Shown one piece after another: positions 59,415-64,000 of a stretch of 64,000 bases of DNA. The first letter of the stretch is position 1. Every line of letters begins with the position of its first letter. The DNA is taken from contig JAOAIJ010000047.1 in NCBI GenBank assembly GCA_026414765.1, positions 27,297 to 91,296 on the forward strand, given 5' to 3'. This DNA is from Clostridia bacterium (GTDB lineage: Bacteria > Bacillota > Clostridia > Acetivibrionales > DSM-27016). The notes below the pieces were generated by a model. The model was not told the origin of the DNA. It saw nothing but the letters and a program-made list of their open reading frames with translations, and did not search any database. A program made the translations under genes and the position numbers.

Positions 59415-62400
59415 CGATTTCCACTCCTTTTCTTCGTTGCATTTGCTGCCTTCTTTGCTTCATGAACTCCAATTGTTTGTTTACCCTGCTGTTAACCTCA
59501 GTAAAAGCAGGCTGCTCCTCTGAAGTACTGCTGTTATTAATATATTTGGACAGTAATGATATGGTATTGTATTTATACAGATCGACAACAGCTATATCTG
59601 TTTCAAATGCTTCTTTTAGTTTTGAATGCAACTGTATCAACAACAACGAATCTCCGCCAAGTGCAAAGAATTCGTCATGTATACCTACTCTTTCCATACT
59701 CAGTGTATCTTCCCATATTCCGGCAAGTTTCTTTTCTATTTCATTTTTGGGCGGTACATATTCATTTTCCAATTCAGGTCTTGGATGTAACGTTCTGGAA
59801 GCTGCTGCCTCATCAAGAGACTCCTTCACATTTGGCTGATTCAAGTAATTGGCATCTTCAATAGCTGTCTTTATATCCTTAGTTGATACAATAACCTGAG
59901 GCCTGAAACAGCCATTAATAATTTTCTTAAAAGCTTCCTTACCCTCATAAGCTGCAATCCCCTCGTTCATCACTCCCGGTTTACCTTTAAATGAATCCTC
60001 GTACAGCTTTCCTATACTTACATATTCTGACTCATGAGAGCCACCTGACGTCTTGCTCCTGATATTCGCCGCAGCAGCTTCCCCTGTCAGCCTCATTGAA
60101 AAGTTTCTTATCTCTGCCAGTTGAGTACCATTACCACTGAGTATATCAATATCACACGTTATTACTTCCTGTAGGGAACCGTACCCGTTCTTAAACCTTA
60201 TATGCCCGTAAATCTTTTGTTCCAACACGCCTTTTATAATAAGCCTTTCATATGAGAACGGCAGGAAATTTCCTCCTCCGGCCAGCCTCAGTGCTCCGGT
60301 TGCCACATCCAGCAAAGCTGGGTGAAGCTTGTAGTTGTCCAAATCAGCATTAAAATCTTGTGACATTTCAACTTCAACCAGACCTTCATCAGACCCAAGT
60401 GAAAATCTTTTCAAAGATCTCCATCTTCCTCCGAAGCTGATAAATTCTTCTGAAAGTTTTTGTCCCTCGCCGGATGCAAATACTGTCCGGCTGTTGCATC
60501 TATCCTTAAGTTCCTGAATATTATATACAGTATTGTTCCTTTCATTTGAAGCCTTGATGTTCCCCTTCACATGTAAAAGCCAGTTTGCTGTTTCAGCCTC
60601 TTCTCCGTGCGGTTTTGAGACTATACGAAAATCAAACGAACCGCCGTTTTTATTCATTACCGTAAACACATCACGGCTTTCACCTGTTTTTACCGCCAGC
60701 GGATTAAGGAAAATCACTTCACTTATCTGGGCATTTACTTCTCCGGTGATATCTTCAAAGGCAGCTCTTGCCATTTCAAGATATGTTGTACCTGCAATCG
60801 TAGGTACACCGAGGACAAGATGCTCAGACAACACCCAATCTTTATCAGGAGAAAGTTCTCCCGCATATATAATCTTTTCTGGACTATCAGATATGCACTT
60901 CCCTAATATGGGGTGCAGTTCTTCTTCCTGCAAGTCTGATACCTGTCCCAATCCTTTAGCCATACCTACACCAGGCCATCTATCCCAGTCAATTGATATG
61001 AAACGCGTACCTCTGCGCGAGTCGTGTGCATGAGCGAAGGCATCAAGGAAGGCGTTTGCAGCACTGTAATCTATTTGCCCGAATCCGCCTGTAATTGCAT
61101 TGAGTGAAGAGCAGAGCATAAAGAAATCAAGTTTGCAATCTTCAAATGCTCTGTATATCTCTATAGTTCCCTGTACTTTTGGTGCAAGTACCTGTTCTGT
61201 ATTTTCTTTCTTTTTAAACTGGATCATTCCGCCGCCCGGATTACCAGCAGCGTGTATAATACCGTCAACTCTTCCGAATCTGCTTTCAACCTGCCCGCGC
61301 AGGTTTTCCAGTTCATTTTTATTAGTAACATCCGCCTGACAGACAAGTATCTCTGCACCCGCTGACTGATATTGCTTTAACTTTTTTATCTTCCGGGATA
61401 CTGCATTCTTCTTACCGTGACTCTCTATCCAATTATCCCAATCCGCCTGTTCAGGAAATTCTGACCTGCTGACAAGAATCAATTTTGCTTTCATCTCTTG
61501 AGCAAGGTACTCTGCAAGAACAAGCCCTATTCCACCCAAACCTCCTGTCATCAGATAAACCCCATTGTTTTTAAGTTTTACGGCAGAATTCTCTTTTTCA
61601 TCCAGCTTTATTCTTTCATAGGTTTCTGTCCAGCGCTGCAGCCCACGGTATGCAACCATATCCTCATCCGAATTTGAATAAACCTCCAAAGTCAGACACT
61701 CAAGCATATCCTGTTCATCTATGCTGTCCGGTTCAGGTAACATCAGGTCTATGCTGCTGCATTTTATATTGGGATATTCCCTCGGTATAACCCTGCACGG
61801 TCCGAGATGCAATGATTTTTCCGTATAAATAGTCTTTTCATTGACTATTTTATGTAAATTGTTAACTACCACCTTTACCCGTATCATAGAAGACCATCCC
61901 TGGCTTCCGATTGCCTGCGCCAGATAGAGCATGCTATAAAACAGCTTTTCTCCACAGCCTGAAGCTTCCCCGCTTTCCACAGCCGCGTCTCCCTCTGTTA
62001 TCCCGAACAGGTTTACGATTTTTGTAGGAGTTATACCCACTCCTGACATGTCTTTCAACATATTGTCATAGTGAGTATAGTTGCCGACATTAATAATGTA
62101 GTTTTTGTTATCCATCTTTCTGTATTCTTCTCCTGAAACAGCAACTATAACTTCACCCTTTTGATCCTTCAGACACTTTACAAACTTGTCGGTAAAGTAG
62201 TTTCTCTCCAACAGGACAAGTAAAACTTCGTTTCCATTTTCACTGCCGTAAGCCAAATCTTCGGTAGACTGCTTCCAAACAGGAGTATAAAACCACTCGG
62301 ACAACTCTGACCGTTTCATCGCCTTTAAATTAGGTTTTTCAGTTTCTGCAGGTACAGTTTTCTTTACCCAATAAGACTGCCCTTCAAAGGGATAGGAAGG

Positions 62401-64000
62401 AAGAGACACACGTTTTCTCTTCTGTCCTTCATATAACCTTGCCCAATCTAGCTTCGCACCGTTTAGCCAGAGGTTTCCCAATTCATCCAATGAATACTTT
62501 CCAATATCATCATGTATTGTCTGAGAATTTGAAGAAGCTTGCTCTTCTATACTGCTGAAAATCCTACCTGAATCTTCGCCACGTTTTTCCAGAGCATCGA
62601 TGGCATCTGCAATGGATGTACATATGAGAAATCTTCTACATTCAAATTCCTTTCTGCCTATTTGTAAAGTGTACGCAATGTCAGCCAAATCTGAATCCTT
62701 ATTTCTCTTAAGGAAGTCTGTAAACTGTACTGTCAAGCGTTCCAGGGCTTTGTCGTTCTTTGCTGAAAGTACAAGCAGGTATTGAGCATTACAACATGTA
62801 CTGCTCTCTACAGCCGGTGCTTCTTCAAGCACTGCATGAGCATTCGTCCCCCCTATGCCAAAGGAACTGATGCCTGCCCTTAAAGGACTGTTCTCACTCT
62901 TCCATTCATTAAGTGTGTTGTTAACAAAAAACGGAGTGTTTTTGAAGTCTATTTTAGGATTTGGACTTTTAAAGTTCAAACTTGGAGGTATCTTCTTATG
63001 GCGCAGTGCCAAAACGGTCTTTATCAATCCGGTGACACCTGAAGCGGCATCAAGATGCCCTACATTAGTCTTAACCGAACCAATAGCACAATACCCCTTC
63101 TTATCGGTCTTTCTGCTAAATACCTTAGTCAAAGCTTCAATTTCTATAGGGTCCCCAAGAGGAGTTCCCGTTCCGTGTGCCTCGATATAGGTAATTGTGT
63201 CCGGAGCTATACCTGACTTCGACTGAGCTTCTTCTATTGCCTTCGATTGCCCATCGATGCTAGGCGCAGTATAACCCATTTTCAATGCACCATCGTTATT
63301 TATAGCCGTACCTTTAATAACCGCACTGATGCTGTCTCCATCAGAAACTGCGTCTTCCAGTCTTTTCAGCACTACGACACCTGCACCGTTTCCACCGACA
63401 GTACCTTTTGCCTGTTCGTCAAAAGCCCTGCAGTGCCCGTCAGGTGAAAGAATCATGCCCTCCTGGTATAAATAGCCTGCCTTTTGAGGCATACGTATGC
63501 TTACACCTCCGGCAAGCGCCATATCGCATTCTCCGCTTATAAGGCTCTGGCAGGCAAGATGTACGGCAACAAGCGAGGAGGAACAAGCCGTCTGGACTGT
63601 CACACCAGGTCCCTCAAGGTTCATTTTGTATGCTACGCGTGTAGCTAAGAAATCCTTATCATTGCTTGTCATTATCTGGTAGTCGTTTGCTAAACCTTTA
63701 GAACGGTCATCCCACAGGTTTTTAGCATATGTATTCATACCCACACTAGCATATACACCTATCAAACCATTGTATTTTCCCGAATCATACCCTGCATCTT
63801 CAAGGGCTTTCCAGGACTCTTCCAGGAAAATTCTTTGCTGAGGATCGAGAACCTCAGCTTCTCTCGGATTGTATCCGAAGAAATGGGCATCAAATTTATC
63901 TATATCATCCAAAGCTCCCCATGCCTTTACATATCCCGGTTTCTTCAACACATCGGGAGCAACGCCTTCTTCCATCACCTGCTCATCTGTAAAGCGGGAT
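59407..64000 (-). CDS. trans-AT type I PKS, partial (5' end beyond the right edge): KS-KR-DH-T
   Basis: The frame stays open upstream of the track start (...SRFTDEQVMEEG...). KS: QTACSSSLVAVH, EAHGTGT, TNVGH. KR: GVYLMTGGLGGIGLVLA, IDYSAAN. DH: LHPILG, LSEHLVLGVPTIAGT, HPALLD. T: FFALGGDSLLL. Confidence 0.9.
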   Translation of the reverse strand, partial: SRFTDEQVMEEGVAPDVLKKPGYVKAWGALDDIDKFDAHFFGYNPREAEVLDPQQRIFLEESWKALEDAGYDSGKYNGLIGVYASVGMNTYAKNLWDDRSKGLANDYQIMTSNDKDFLATRVAYKMNLEGPGVTVQTACSSSLVAVHLACQSLISGECDMALAGGVSIRMPQKAGYLYQEGMILSPDGHCRAFDEQAKGTVGGNGAGVVVLKRLEDAVSDGDSISAVIKGTAINNDGALKMGYTAPSIDGQSKAIEEAQSKSGIAPDTITYIEAHGTGTPLGDPIEIEALTKVFSRKTDKKGYCAIGSVKTNVGHLDAASGVTGLIKTVLALRHKKIPPSLNFKSPNPKIDFKNTPFFVNNTLNEWKSENSPLRAGISSFGIGGTNAHAVLEEAPAVESSTCCNAQYLLVLSAKNDKALERLTVQFTDFLKRNKDSDLADIAYTLQIGRKEFECRRFLICTSIADAIDALEKRGEDSGRIFSSIEEQASSNSQTIHDDIGKYSLDELGNLWLNGAKLDWARLYEGQKRKRVSLPSYPFEGQSYWVKKTVPAETEKPNLKAMKRSELSEWFYTPVWKQSTEDLAYGSENGNEVLLVLLERNYFTDKFVKCLKDQKGEVIVAVSGEEYRKMDNKNYIINVGNYTHYDNMLKDMSGVGITPTKIVNLFGITEGDAAVESGEASGCGEKLFYSMLYLAQAIGSQGWSSMIRVKVVVNNLHKIVNEKTIYTEKSLHLGPCRVIPREYPNIKCSSIDLMLPEPDSIDEQDMLECLTLEVYSNSDEDMVAYRGLQRWTETYERIKLDEKENSAVKLKNNGVYLMTGGLGGIGLVLAEYLAQEMKAKLILVSRSEFPEQADWDNWIESHGKKNAVSRKIKKLKQYQSAGAEILVCQADVTNKNELENLRGQVESRFGRVDGIIHAAGNPGGGMIQFKKKENTEQVLAPKVQGTIEIYRAFEDCKLDFFMLCSSLNAITGGFGQIDYSAANAFLDAFAHAHDSRRGTRFISIDWDRWPGVGMAKGLGQVSDLQEEELHPILGKCISDSPEKIIYAGELSPDKDWVLSEHLVLGVPTIAGTTYLEMARAAFEDITGEVNAQISEVIFLNPLAVKTGESRDVFTVMNKNGGSFDFRIVSKPHGEEAETANWLLHVKGNIKASNERNNTVYNIQELKDRCNSRTVFASGEGQKLSEEFISFGGRWRSLKRFSLGSDEGLVEVEMSQDFNADLDNYKLHPALLDVATGALRLAGGGNFLPFSYERLIIKGVLEQKIYGHIRFKNGYGSLQEVITCDIDILSGNGTQLAEIRNFSMRLTGEAAAANIRSKTSGGSHESEYVSIGKLYEDSFKGKPGVMNEGIAAYEGKEAFKKIINGCFRPQVIVSTKDIKTAIEDANYLNQPNVKESLDEAAASRTLHPRPELENEYVPPKNEIEKKLAGIWEDTLSMERVGIHDEFFALGGDSLLLIQLHSKLKEAFETDIAVVDLYKYNTISLLSKYINNSSTSEEQPAFTEVNSRVNKQLEFMKQRRQQMQRRKGVEIDE
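60079..60921 (-). other. DH (double hot-dog) domain placed after the KR catalytic domain
   Basis: It lies between IDWDRWPGVGMA (KR end) and GIAAYEGKEAFKKIINGCFRPQVIVS, a tail that directly follows the KR in the other modules. The His codon of LHPILG was checked at 60913..60915. Confidence 0.7.

Noticed and set aside
1-64000. Scan for CRISPR arrays, tRNA/rRNA genes, and transposases, integrases or prophage genes
   Set aside because: None was found by eye. The intergenic regions are short or AT-rich and lack repeat-spacer periodicity or tRNA-like GC-rich stems.

Overview
AT-rich window that looks like a Clostridia-type Firmicute chromosome (strong GGAGG-type RBSs, hairpin plus T-run terminators). 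Positions 1-30.3 kb are mostly ordinary genes. They include a pyruvate kinase running off the left edge, an MCP, an isoprenoid-synthase-like orphan, a secreted LamG/Big_2 protein, and an operon of solute-binding lipoprotein, membrane LuxR-type regulator and LtaS-like sulfatase. Further along are a UPF0210/ACT pair, citrate synthase, asnA-asnS, pflB-pflA, an acyl-ACP thioesterase, PTS enzyme I, a SEC-C/XRE pair, a DUF4397 protein and a second LtaS-like gene. Positions 30.3-64.0 kb, continuing past the right edge, form one tightly packed minus-strand operon for a hybrid trans-AT PKS/NRPS assembly line. It contains 5 KS modules, 2 NRPS modules (pocket codes read as Ser and Gly), 2 discrete FabD-like acyltransferases and a free-standing ACP. 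No TE, reductase or terminal condensation release domain is visible. Instead, the last PKS module ends in a ~346-aa Cys/His domain that I read as BtrH_N/DUF4872-like (an ACP-to-amine acyltransferase fold). A stand-alone paralogue of that domain carries an NRPS-type TubC_N docking domain. I consider this the most novel feature. Other oddities in the cluster are a decayed cis-AT relic (GHSxG replaced by GEGVG), PCP-type carrier motifs in all PKS modules, a DH inserted after a KR, and a half condensation domain at the end of the Gly module. All family assignments come from motif reading by eye and memory; no HMM or database search was run.
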